Positions 9,780-19,607 of a DNA stretch of 41,988 nt are shown here, one piece after another. Numbering within the stretch: position 1 is the stretch's first letter; each line of letters begins with the position of its first letter. The notes under the pieces are model-generated. The model saw only the letters and a program-made list of their open reading frames with translations. It was not told where the DNA came from and did no database searches. The translations under genes and the position numbers were made by a program. The DNA is from a virus (taxonomy: Duplodnaviria; Caudoviricetes): IMG/VR virus record IMGVR_UViG_3300011335_000320, positions 1 to 41,988 of that record. The stretch is one strand, 5' to 3'.

Positions 9780-10429
9780 CCTACGTTGTTACGTCAGACA
9801 CTGTGCTAACAGAATTTACTGCGCCTAACTTACCGTTAGCGCCATATACCTACGATTCTAAATACCATGAGCAGCAGAATAACGTTTTGCGTTTGTACTT
9901 CAACCAGATTGACAACATTGTAAGACAGTTAACTACATCTACAGATACGTCTGGTTTACGTGTTCCTTACGGTGCGTTTTCTAGTGATCAAGACCAAACT
10001 ACAACAGCTAATACAGCTACGCTGATGACGTTAAACACCACGGACTTTGCCAATGGTGTCAGCATTGCCAGCTCTAAAATTACTGTGGCAGCTGCTGGTA
10101 TTTACAATTTGCAGTTTAGTGCGCAACTACAAAATTTAGATAACGCACCGCAAGACGTTTATATTTGGCTTAAGCAAAACGGAACAGATATTGTTGGTTC
10201 AACGGGCTTGGTTGGATTGCCCGCTAGAAAAAGTGCCGGAGTTCCTTTTCACGATATTAAAGGATGGAATTATTTTCTGTCCATGAACGCCAATGATTAT
10301 GTAGAAATTTACTGGTCACCTACCATCGCCACGGTAACTATTGAAACCTATGCGGCTTCGGGTTCCCCTACTAAACCATCGACCCAGTCTGTTGTTGCAA
10401 CAATGTCGTTTGTTTCGGCTTTGCCTTAA
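9776..10429 (+). CDS. Virion structural protein with a C-terminal beta-sandwich domain
   Basis: ATGA overlap; LRLYFNQID helix followed by a GIYNLQFSAQ...DYVEIYW C1q/BclA-like pattern. Confidence 0.55.
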   Translation: MTYVVTSDTVLTEFTAPNLPLAPYTYDSKYHEQQNNVLRLYFNQIDNIVRQLTTSTDTSGLRVPYGAFSSDQDQTTTANTATLMTLNTTDFANGVSIASSKITVAAAGIYNLQFSAQLQNLDNAPQDVYIWLKQNGTDIVGSTGLVGLPARKSAGVPFHDIKGWNYFLSMNANDYVEIYWSPTIATVTIETYAASGSPTKPSTQSVVATMSFVSALP

Positions 10430-10438
10430 GGTATAAAC

Positions 10439-13400
10439 ATGGCAGTCACCAACAAACAAATCTTTGATTTTTTAGTTAATAATCCAAACATTAGCGATGC
10501 CGAACTTGCTGCTGTTATGGATGCCTATGGCGTTAGTCCAGAACAAGTTGCACAGGCAACAGGCACAAGTGAAGTGGCGGCTAGAGAAAGATACGAAGCT
10601 GTTGCCCCACCCCCCGAACCTGTATATACAGCGCCAGCTCCGGTATATGAGCCTGTGTATGAACCCGTGTACGAGACACCAGTCTATACGCCTCCCGCAA
10701 CCAATGCGTATTTTCAAGCCAATCCCGATGTAGCCGGTGCTTACGCCGCCAATAGTTACGGAATGAGTGCGGATGACTTTGCAAGCTTTCACTACAACAA
10801 CTACGGTAAAAACGAAGGTCGCTATTCTCCATCTGGCGAACCGCCGCCCAGAGCAGTAGTTGAGCCGCCTCCAGCACCTGTTTACACACCCCCTTTACCT
10901 CCTCCGGAGCCTGTTTATACCCCTAAACCCGTATATACTCCCGAACCTGTCTATACGCCGGAACCAGTGTATCAGCCAGCGTATGAACCGCCTCCTGAGC
11001 CTGTTTACACGCCTCCCCCTGCTCCAACTTATACGTCGTATGAAACAGAGTCTGGAACTGTATACGAACCTGTTTACACACCTCCTGCGCCAATAGCTCA
11101 GGCTCCAGTGGCTACCCCTTCTGTTATTGACACGATAACAGCTGGGCCGCCAACTACAGTAGAAGAACTTATTGCTATTACTGAGCCGCCAAAAGCTAGT
11201 GAGCCGTCAGCAGTTGAAAAGTTAACCCAACAAATTTTAGCCCAAGGCACAACCAGCCAATGGAAGGGTGAAGGCTTTGGTTCTGCTGAAAAGAACGCCG
11301 CAGACATGGCTAAAATCTTGGCTGATACGGGCATTACAGACATTAGCCAGTTTGGCAAAGTTACTAAAACTGTTGATGCCGCTGTCCAGCCTGTATACGG
11401 ACAGGGCGACTTGGTAACAGACAATGAAGGCCAAACTTTCTACTCGCAAAAGATTATTGGTTACGTAGACCAAACCGGAAAGCCTGTTGACCCAAGCTTA
11501 GTTAAACAAGATACAGTGTATTCTGCTGGTGGTGAAGGTGGAAATGCTGAAACTTTCTATACCGCGCCAGTGGGTACAAAAGAAGTATTTGGCAACAAAA
11601 CCACAGGCCAAACTGTAGCTTCTACTTATGGCGAACGTCAAACAGGTAACGCTTTTGGCGGAACGTATGCTGGTGACGGTAACACTGGCTATCGTGTGCA
11701 GTTTGATGCGCAGGGCAATCCAACCTTTTACACCACGCAGGCATCAAGTAGCGACATTGGCGACCTTGCTCCTATCCTAGCCGTTGCCTCGTTTATCCCT
11801 GCTCTAGCTCCGTTTGCACAAGCTATTAATGCTGCAATTGCTATTGATCGTGGTGATGTACTGGGCGGTATTGCTTCGTTAGCTGGCGTAGGCGGAATGT
11901 CGGAAGTAGCAACCGGGCTAAAAGTTGTCAAAGCAATAGAAGACAGCAATGCAATGGGTATTGTTGGCGCTTTGCTGTCAGATCCTGATTTAGGAAAATT
12001 AGCATCTAACACAATGATTGCTGATGGCATTTCCTTTGCTGACGCAGGGAAAACTCTTAAGATTGTTAATGATTTAAACAACAATAACTTGTTGGGTGCG
12101 GCATCCACTGCGGCGGATTTGTCTGGCAGTGCAGATGCTAAGACTGCGGCGGCAGGTTTAAACCTTGTCAATGCCATTAAGAGCGAAGACCCTACCAAAA
12201 TTGCAGCGGCGGCAGGTGGTTTTAGTAACACGGTCAATGCCACCACCAATGTAGTAAAGCAGTTGGAAGATGCAGGCTTAGTAGATCAATCTGTTCGCAA
12301 CATAGCTCAAGACACCAGCTCCAGCATTACCGCCGACGGTGACATTGCCAAGTTACCGGAGACTAATTTAAACAACATTTTAGACGGCAGTTTTGTAACA
12401 GAACAGCAAGGCCAAGACAATGTCGCAAGTGTGGATACGGCAGTTGTAGCACAACCCCCTGTAGATACTGTAGCTCAAGCACCCGTTTCTACGCCTTCTG
12501 TCATTGATGAAATTACATCTGGGCCGTCCACAACCGCAGAAGAGTTATTGTCAACTGTGACGCAATCGCCAGTCAGTACGCCGGATACGTCCACTCAAGT
12601 TCAAACGCCTGAAAAGGATGAGTTTACAGGTGTGGACGCTGCCGTTGCAGCTCAAGCTGAAGCGCCAGCAAAACAAACATCTTTTAATGATGCGTATGCT
12701 GCCGCTCGTTTAGCTTACGGGCCTAACGCTAACTTTACATGGAATGGTAAACAGTACAGTACCGCCTCCGCCGCAGAGCGTCCTGATCTTTCTACTGCGG
12801 TTAAGCCTGCTACAGATGAATCTGCCGCAGAAACTCAAAGGTTGCTTAATCAAAGTAATGCTTTGGTCACTGCAAATGCGCCCAACCAAAGCGCCGCAGA
12901 AACACAAAGACTTGCTAATCAAAATAAGGAAGCTTTTCTTAACACAACCGCAGAGAACGTTAACAAGTCACCTAGCTCTGACTACTGGGCTGGCACTGAC
13001 GGGGCGGATGCGTTGGGTAATTTACTAGGAACCGCTCAACAAGAAAATCCTATTGTTCAGCAAAATTTAGCCGAAACACAACGGTTGGCTAATCAAAATG
13101 CTGAAGCCGCGTTGAACAGTCCATCTTTTACAACTCCGGTAGATCAAACAGCCGCAGAATCTAAACGTCTTTTTGAACAAAATAATGCACTTGGATTGGC
13201 CAAAGCCCAACAAGATGCAGATGCTGCCGTCAAAGCCATTACCAGCGTTTTTGGTGAAGACACACAATTATCTACTACGGTTCAACAGGGTTTGGCAAAT
13301 ATTCACCAAGCCGCTGGTGGAATTCTTGAAACCCTTGGAGGATCTGCGTCAGCGTTGGGGTTAACTGGCCCAGTTAATACCTTAACTAATGCTGGGCAAG

Positions 13401-16171
13401 CCGTGTCTCGTGCTGGAGATGCTCTGCAAACCAAAGATGTTAACGAAGCAATTCAAAACGTTGTTCAGGCTGTAAGCAATGCCGAAGGGTTTGATAAAGT
13501 TATAGCCGGTGCAAAAGCTGTAATAGAAAACCCACTGGCTTTAAACGTTGTAGCTGTTGAGGCGTTGCAAGAAGCTTTGCCAATTGGTATGGCAGTCTCC
13601 GTTATAAAAACAGCAGGCAAGGCTGCTGCGGTAGGTGTTGATGTTGGTTTAAACGCATTAGAGTCTGGTGGAGCTGCGTACAACGACACATTACGCAAAT
13701 CCCTTGCAGGTAATAAAACCCTAGAAGAAGCCGACAACTCAGCTACGACATCGTTTGAAATAGCTGCGGCTGTTACAACTGTAACTCAAGGTCTTGTAGA
13801 TACTGCGGCGGTTAAGAAAATTAGCGACGCACTTGAAAAAGTTGCCACAAAAACAGCAACCAATTACACAAAAGAAGGTAGCAGTGAGTTTCTGGAAACC
13901 CTAACAACTGGCATTATTACCAGCGCAGCTCAAGGCAATCCTCTTGATCTTAATGACGAGCTTACAAAAGCTATTATTGCCGCTGGTGTGGCTGGCAAAA
14001 CCGCAACGGCGGTTAATGCATCTGGCGTACAAACTGCGGTAATATCAACCCCCAGCGTTGCCAACGCAGTTAATGAAGCTCAAACAACATTAAAAGAAGA
14101 ATTAAATAAGGTTGGCATTAAATCAAGTGACGACAGCGGCCAATTAACTTCGTTAGTTGACACCAAAACTGGCAACTCTTTAATTCAACAAGATGTTGCT
14201 CAAAATCTAACAAACGCAGGCTTAACTGAACAGCCTACGCCTACTCTAGAAGAAGTTGTTGCAACACCAGAGGTTGTCACACCCGCAGAAACCCCTGCTG
14301 AAGTGGTTACAGAAAACACTGGCCAAGTTGTTGCCGCAGATCCTGACACCGGAACCGCATTGGTAATAGATAACTCTGGTCAAACGCAAGTTATTAGCGT
14401 TCCAGAGGGTACAGAAGTTGGCTCAACAGTTAATTTACCTGAAGTTCAAGCGCCCGTAGAGTCTGTAGACACAACGCCGCCACAACCAGTTGTTACAGAA
14501 ATCACTCCAGAAGTTACTCCGGAAGTTATTCCAACGGTTACACCAGAGGCTACTCCAGAAGTCACTCCAACAGTTACCCCAGAAGTTACCCCAGAATTTG
14601 CTCCAACAGTTATTCCAGAGAATACCGGCACGGTAGTATCATCTGATCCAGAGTCTGGTACAGCATTAATTGTAGATAATTCCGGTGCGGTACAGGTGGT
14701 TAATGTTGAAACTCCTGTTGAGCAGGGATCTCAAGTTACTCTTAACACCGATGCAACTACTGGCGCAGTTTCAGTGGCCCCCGTTCCAGAAACTACCACT
14801 GAAGCCATTGCTTCACCAAGCACTGGTGTTGTTATTGCCACCGATCCAGAAACTAATACTGCGTTAGTTTTAAACAATGCCGGTGAAGCTCAAGTCGTGT
14901 CTGTAACTCCTGACACTAATGTTGGATCAACTGTTAATTTAAACACGGATACAGATACTGGGACAGTCATTGCTTCACCAGTTACACCAAAGACTGCTCC
15001 AGAAACAACGCCAATCATAGAAACGGTTACACCAGAAGTTACAACGCCCACCACAACTCCAGAGGTGGTTTCAAACGAAAATACAGGCATTGTTTTAGCA
15101 ACAGATCCAGAAACTAATACAGCATTGGTTATAAACAATACTGGTGAAGCTCAAATAGTTAATGTTGAAGGTAACCCTGATGTTGGCTCAACCGTAAACA
15201 TTAACGCTAGTCCAGACACAGGAGTGGTGGTTGCTACGCCCGTGGATACCACGCCTGTAGTGGAGGCCGTTGCTACGCCAGAGGTGGTCGCAACTCCTGC
15301 TGTTACTGAAAGTCCGGCTGTTGATGCTATTTTGAATGCTGAACAACAAGCTACTCCTGAAGTTGTTACCACTCCTGTGGTCAACCCTGAAATAACAACA
15401 AGCCCAGAGGTAGTGACCAGTCCAGAAGTAAGCCCTGAGGTTGTCACGACACCTGAAATAGCGGTTAACCCAGAGGTGGTTACCACCCCCGTTGTCAATC
15501 CTGAAATTACAACTAATCCAGAAATTATTACAACTCCAGCTGTTAACCCTGAAGTAGTGACAAATCCCGCCATTAATCCGGAGGTGGTGACCGACCCAAC
15601 GGTAAACCCGGAAGTTGTGACTACCCCCACGGTTAACCCAGATGTCAACACAACGCCGGTTGTTACTCCAGATGTTAATGTTTCTACTCCTGACATCATC
15701 AATGTAGAAGGTGTAGACATACCCGGTGTTTACACGCCACCAGAAGTTATTCCGCCAGCCGTTACTCCGCCGGTGGTGCAGCCGCCTGTGACACCGCCGG
15801 TAACTCAACCGCCAGTCACTCAGCCACCTAAAACGCAGCCTAAACAGCCTACGTCAGTGCCAAGCTTTGGTGCTCCCGCGACAGGTGGTGGAATGTCCAT
15901 TCCTGAGTTGGCTAGTGTTTTTTACTATGGCAAGAATTTTGGTGGGCAACAGCAGAAGCTTTCGCCAACTGGTGAACTGATGATGAGTCCGTATCAAGAG
16001 TTAAGCGTGGTCAAAGCTGGCGCAGAGCCAGAGTTGCCAGCAATTCCTGTTGCGCAAGAAGCAAAACCAGAGGAAAATGACATATCGGCGTTAATACAAC
16101 AAATCATGTCTTCGGGAGACAATAACATGACCACCGAAGAATTAATGCGAATTATTCAAGCAAGAGGTTGA
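10439..16171 (+). CDS. Giant low-complexity repeat protein (1,910 aa), putative internal virion/ejection protein
   Basis: Uninterrupted ORF with PVYTP, AAETQRL, 42-aa beta and VNPEVVTTP repeats. Confidence 0.75.
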   Translation: MAVTNKQIFDFLVNNPNISDAELAAVMDAYGVSPEQVAQATGTSEVAARERYEAVAPPPEPVYTAPAPVYEPVYEPVYETPVYTPPATNAYFQANPDVAGAYAANSYGMSADDFASFHYNNYGKNEGRYSPSGEPPPRAVVEPPPAPVYTPPLPPPEPVYTPKPVYTPEPVYTPEPVYQPAYEPPPEPVYTPPPAPTYTSYETESGTVYEPVYTPPAPIAQAPVATPSVIDTITAGPPTTVEELIAITEPPKASEPSAVEKLTQQILAQGTTSQWKGEGFGSAEKNAADMAKILADTGITDISQFGKVTKTVDAAVQPVYGQGDLVTDNEGQTFYSQKIIGYVDQTGKPVDPSLVKQDTVYSAGGEGGNAETFYTAPVGTKEVFGNKTTGQTVASTYGERQTGNAFGGTYAGDGNTGYRVQFDAQGNPTFYTTQASSSDIGDLAPILAVASFIPALAPFAQAINAAIAIDRGDVLGGIASLAGVGGMSEVATGLKVVKAIEDSNAMGIVGALLSDPDLGKLASNTMIADGISFADAGKTLKIVNDLNNNNLLGAASTAADLSGSADAKTAAAGLNLVNAIKSEDPTKIAAAAGGFSNTVNATTNVVKQLEDAGLVDQSVRNIAQDTSSSITADGDIAKLPETNLNNILDGSFVTEQQGQDNVASVDTAVVAQPPVDTVAQAPVSTPSVIDEITSGPSTTAEELLSTVTQSPVSTPDTSTQVQTPEKDEFTGVDAAVAAQAEAPAKQTSFNDAYAAARLAYGPNANFTWNGKQYSTASAAERPDLSTAVKPATDESAAETQRLLNQSNALVTANAPNQSAAETQRLANQNKEAFLNTTAENVNKSPSSDYWAGTDGADALGNLLGTAQQENPIVQQNLAETQRLANQNAEAALNSPSFTTPVDQTAAESKRLFEQNNALGLAKAQQDADAAVKAITSVFGEDTQLSTTVQQGLANIHQAAGGILETLGGSASALGLTGPVNTLTNAGQAVSRAGDALQTKDVNEAIQNVVQAVSNAEGFDKVIAGAKAVIENPLALNVVAVEALQEALPIGMAVSVIKTAGKAAAVGVDVGLNALESGGAAYNDTLRKSLAGNKTLEEADNSATTSFEIAAAVTTVTQGLVDTAAVKKISDALEKVATKTATNYTKEGSSEFLETLTTGIITSAAQGNPLDLNDELTKAIIAAGVAGKTATAVNASGVQTAVISTPSVANAVNEAQTTLKEELNKVGIKSSDDSGQLTSLVDTKTGNSLIQQDVAQNLTNAGLTEQPTPTLEEVVATPEVVTPAETPAEVVTENTGQVVAADPDTGTALVIDNSGQTQVISVPEGTEVGSTVNLPEVQAPVESVDTTPPQPVVTEITPEVTPEVIPTVTPEATPEVTPTVTPEVTPEFAPTVIPENTGTVVSSDPESGTALIVDNSGAVQVVNVETPVEQGSQVTLNTDATTGAVSVAPVPETTTEAIASPSTGVVIATDPETNTALVLNNAGEAQVVSVTPDTNVGSTVNLNTDTDTGTVIASPVTPKTAPETTPIIETVTPEVTTPTTTPEVVSNENTGIVLATDPETNTALVINNTGEAQIVNVEGNPDVGSTVNINASPDTGVVVATPVDTTPVVEAVATPEVVATPAVTESPAVDAILNAEQQATPEVVTTPVVNPEITTSPEVVTSPEVSPEVVTTPEIAVNPEVVTTPVVNPEITTNPEIITTPAVNPEVVTNPAINPEVVTDPTVNPEVVTTPTVNPDVNTTPVVTPDVNVSTPDIINVEGVDIPGVYTPPEVIPPAVTPPVVQPPVTPPVTQPPVTQPPKTQPKQPTSVPSFGAPATGGGMSIPELASVFYYGKNFGGQQQKLSPTGELMMSPYQELSVVKAGAEPELPAIPVAQEAKPEENDISALIQQIMSSGDNNMTTEELMRIIQARG

Positions 16172-16172
16172 A

Positions 16173-16943
16173 ATGAACTTTGATGAATTAAATTTTGGTG
16201 ATTTTGAACCAGTTGGCAATACCTCTAACAACTATGTCATGCCAGACGCTTATACAAGCGACGGCTACAAGGGTGAATCTGGCAACAGTTTGCTAAGTAG
16301 CCTTGGCGGTATTCTGTCCGGAAAGTCTGGCACTATGGCTCAGTTAGCCAGTCTTGGCGGCATTGGAGCGTTGCTTAATTCTATTGGTGGATCCAGCGGT
16401 GGTGGCTTTAAAGGTTACCAAGGAGGCATACCAAAGTACACAGCTACCCGCACAATGAACGCAATTCCAACCACCATGACTAACGCGGCAGGTAAAACTG
16501 TGCCCCGTCGTCCCGGCTCAGGTGGTGTTAGTTACTTCTCACCTATGGTTTACACGCCACAGGTAGCGCCCGCAGCCCCCGCCGAACCAGCGGCAGCTAC
16601 GCAACCCAATCCAACCATTGTGGATCAATACGCCGCAGGCGGCATGGCTTACGGCGGCTTGAGTTCTTTAGGTAGTTACTCTGACGGCGGTCGTTTACTC
16701 AAAGGGCCGGGCGATGGTGTATCTGATTCTATCCCTGCGATGATTGGAAAGAACCAACCAGCCCGTCTGGCCGATGGGGAGTTTGTTATCCCAGCCCGCA
16801 TTGTTTCTGAGATTGGTAATGGATCTACAGACGCAGGAGCACGTAAACTATATGCCATGATGGATCGCATCCAGAAAGCTCGTGGCAAGACTTTGAAGAA
16901 CGTTGCAGCCAATACCAAGGCTGACAAACATTTACCAGCCTAA
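16173..16943 (+). CDS. Putative internal virion protein
   Basis: Contains the GPGDGVSDSIPA...LADGEFVIPA motif common in phage virion proteins. Confidence 0.65.
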   Translation: MNFDELNFGDFEPVGNTSNNYVMPDAYTSDGYKGESGNSLLSSLGGILSGKSGTMAQLASLGGIGALLNSIGGSSGGGFKGYQGGIPKYTATRTMNAIPTTMTNAAGKTVPRRPGSGGVSYFSPMVYTPQVAPAAPAEPAAATQPNPTIVDQYAAGGMAYGGLSSLGSYSDGGRLLKGPGDGVSDSIPAMIGKNQPARLADGEFVIPARIVSEIGNGSTDAGARKLYAMMDRIQKARGKTLKNVAANTKADKHLPA

Positions 16944-16952
16944 GGAAATATC

Positions 16953-17834
16953 ATGGCCGCACCAATACCATCAGCGCCCACTAGCGGAGGAAGTAACCAA
17001 CAAACGTTGTCCGAATGGGCTGGCCCGTATGTAACGGATATGTTGGGCAAAGCCCAAGCCATTTCGGAGCAACCATATCAGGTCTATGGTGGCCCACAGA
17101 CTGCGGGTGAGTCAGGCTTGCAGTCTAAAGTCTTTGAAGGTTTGGGCAACTTAAACTTCCCCTCCAGCCTTGGGCAGACATTTAGTTCTTCGGGGGCTTA
17201 CGCCCCGCCTCCTATGGGTGTGTACCAACCGATGGGAACAAACGGTAACGTAGGAACTCCCGGCGGGCCAATGGGCGGTAGCCAGACTGGCGCTCCTCAG
17301 GGTATAGCTGCCCAGTACATGAATCCATATCTAATGTCTGTGCTAAATCCACAGCTGGATGAATTGCGCCGCCAGAACGACATTACCAACATGAAAACTA
17401 ATGCGGGCATGACCGCGCAAGGTGCTTTTGGTGGTGGCCGTAATGCCATTATGAACGCGGAGAACAACCGCAACATGATGCAAGAAATGAACAAAACTGT
17501 AGGCCAAGGGTACGCAAATGCGTACGACAAGGCTATGGGTCAGTTTAATACTGAGCAAGGACAAGCCAAGACTTTGGCTGACATGATGTCTGAGGCTGGC
17601 GGGCAACAGCGTAACATTGAACAGCAAGGCATCAGCGCAGACTACAACGAATTCCTTGCACAACGCGATGATCCAATGAAAAAAACGCAGTACTTGCAAT
17701 CTATGCTTCAGGGGTTGCCCATTTCTACGGTTAGCAACACAGCCGCCCAACAAACTGGTTTGGGTTCATTGGTTAGCTCCATTGGCGGCATGGGTTCCAT
17801 CATGGACTCCCTCAAGAAATTTAATTTGACCTAA
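16953..17834 (+). CDS. Putative DNA ejection (pilot) protein
   Basis: Gln/Gly/Met-rich helical protein with YMNPY and GAFGGGR motifs. Confidence 0.6.
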   Translation: MAAPIPSAPTSGGSNQQTLSEWAGPYVTDMLGKAQAISEQPYQVYGGPQTAGESGLQSKVFEGLGNLNFPSSLGQTFSSSGAYAPPPMGVYQPMGTNGNVGTPGGPMGGSQTGAPQGIAAQYMNPYLMSVLNPQLDELRRQNDITNMKTNAGMTAQGAFGGGRNAIMNAENNRNMMQEMNKTVGQGYANAYDKAMGQFNTEQGQAKTLADMMSEAGGQQRNIEQQGISADYNEFLAQRDDPMKKTQYLQSMLQGLPISTVSNTAAQQTGLGSLVSSIGGMGSIMDSLKKFNLT

Positions 17835-17843
17835 GGGTTTAAG

Positions 17844-19595
17844 ATGAATCTACTCGAAATACAAGAAGATCTTAAAGACCAGCCCATGAGGGTAATCATG
17901 GGTTATGCCAACGGCGCTAACCCTGAGGTTCCTCCATATCTAGCTTTAGGTGAACTAAACCGCCGCAAGCGTATGGAGCAAGCCGCCAAGACTGGTGCAC
18001 CTCCTGATGGCACAGTCAAGGACAAGCTTGAGAAAGAACTAACTGGACAAGCCGCTGACCTTATGCAGGCCGGTGCAGCTCGTCAAGCGCAGTCTAATGA
18101 ACAGCTTCAGCAAAGCCTAATGGGTCAACCCCAGCCAGTTCCTGAAGGTACACCGGAGCCTCCACAGCCAGAGGAAGAGATGCAGCAGATGCCTCAGATG
18201 GCTGCGGGTGGATTGACCTCCCTGCCAACAGGTGGCATGTTTAAATTTGCAGGTGGCGGAGGCGTTGTAGCTTTTGCCGATGAAGGTCTGGTTGTAGACC
18301 AAGCCGAGCAAGCCGCTAGAGATGCTAAAGCCGCCTTACGTCAGTATGGTTTGCGTCAACAACAACAAGATCCACAAGGTTTTGCTGCAGCGCAACAAGC
18401 CGCTGCTGCGGCTGATGCTGCTTTAAACGATGCAAGACGTGCGGCGTTTAGCAGCGATACTGGCCCTGCTGGTGCAATGGGTCAAACCATGGGCATCCCT
18501 ACCCGCGATGCTAAACAACAAGCTGCGGCTCGTGTTCAACCTACATTCAGCCCTGATGATCAGAGCGCGGCAGAGACTGCTCGTTTGGCCCGTCAAAACG
18601 CAGGCCCACCTATGGGTATTGCGACAGGCACAACTCCTGACGCATCTATGATGCCACCACCTATGCCCGGTGGCGGTGGCGGGATACCATCATTAAGAAT
18701 ACCCAAAGGCCCATCATTTGAAGCGCCTGATGCAGATGCTTATGACAAAAAGCTTGCTGCGTTTAAACAAGCCAACCCCGGTTTAGCTGGCAGCGAGTTC
18801 CAAAAGTTGTTGGACAAAATTGCTCAGCAAGATGAGGCTGATCGCGCTCGTTTTGTTACCCAAGAGAAAGGCCGTACACGTGCTGATTTCTGGAAGTCTT
18901 TAATCGAGGCGGGCGAAGCTACCCGTGGACAAAAAGGCCTAGGTGCTTTGCTAGGTGGCTTTGGTAAATCTGCTGGCGCTTCTGAAGCAGCGGCGGCTGA
19001 CCGTGCCGATGCACAAGCCAAAATGCGTCGTGAGCAAGAGCTGGGCATGGCCAAGATGCGTGCTGAACTTGAAGCAGCTCGTCGCGCAGAAGCTCGTGGT
19101 GACTTTGAAGCTGCGTTTAAACACAAGCAGGATGCCGAGAAGATTGGTCGTGACTTGCAACAAACAGAGTTTGCCAACTCCATGGAAGGTGCTAAGTTGG
19201 CTGAACAGGCGCGTGGTCATAGCATTCAAGCGGCTAATGCCAATCGTGATCCTGAGCTTATTAAGATTGCTAGGTCGCTTCACAAGCCCGGTATGTCATG
19301 GGAAGAGGCTCTGGATCGTGCCGCTCATTACGCACGTGGTGCTCAGTATGAAACTGTGGCTCAACGTGAAAGACAAGCCATGGCTAAACTCTTGGCAGAT
19401 AGAACCAAAAACATTGACGTGCAATTAGATTTTGCCAAGCCCGGCTCTAAAGAGCAAAAAGAGCTAAGCGCTTTGAAAGATAAGGTTCTTAAAGAGTTTA
19501 TGGCTCAACAGCAAATGTTGAGTGGTAAAGGCGCTGCACAAGATGTCAACACGCCCAGCCCCGGATTTGGTACATTTAAACCTGTTAACTCTTAA
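17844..19595 (+). CDS. Putative DNA ejection protein
   Basis: Ala/Gln-rich coiled-coil; lies immediately before the largest virion gene. Confidence 0.6.
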   Translation: MNLLEIQEDLKDQPMRVIMGYANGANPEVPPYLALGELNRRKRMEQAAKTGAPPDGTVKDKLEKELTGQAADLMQAGAARQAQSNEQLQQSLMGQPQPVPEGTPEPPQPEEEMQQMPQMAAGGLTSLPTGGMFKFAGGGGVVAFADEGLVVDQAEQAARDAKAALRQYGLRQQQQDPQGFAAAQQAAAAADAALNDARRAAFSSDTGPAGAMGQTMGIPTRDAKQQAAARVQPTFSPDDQSAAETARLARQNAGPPMGIATGTTPDASMMPPPMPGGGGGIPSLRIPKGPSFEAPDADAYDKKLAAFKQANPGLAGSEFQKLLDKIAQQDEADRARFVTQEKGRTRADFWKSLIEAGEATRGQKGLGALLGGFGKSAGASEAAAADRADAQAKMRREQELGMAKMRAELEAARRAEARGDFEAAFKHKQDAEKIGRDLQQTEFANSMEGAKLAEQARGHSIQAANANRDPELIKIARSLHKPGMSWEEALDRAAHYARGAQYETVAQRERQAMAKLLADRTKNIDVQLDFAKPGSKEQKELSALKDKVLKEFMAQQQMLSGKGAAQDVNTPSPGFGTFKPVNS

Positions 19596-19607
19596 ATAAG
19601 TTTAAAC

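Noticed and set aside
14446-15808. Long minus-strand ORFs opposite the giant repeat gene
   Set aside because: They are antisense shadows of repetitive Val/Thr/Pro codons.
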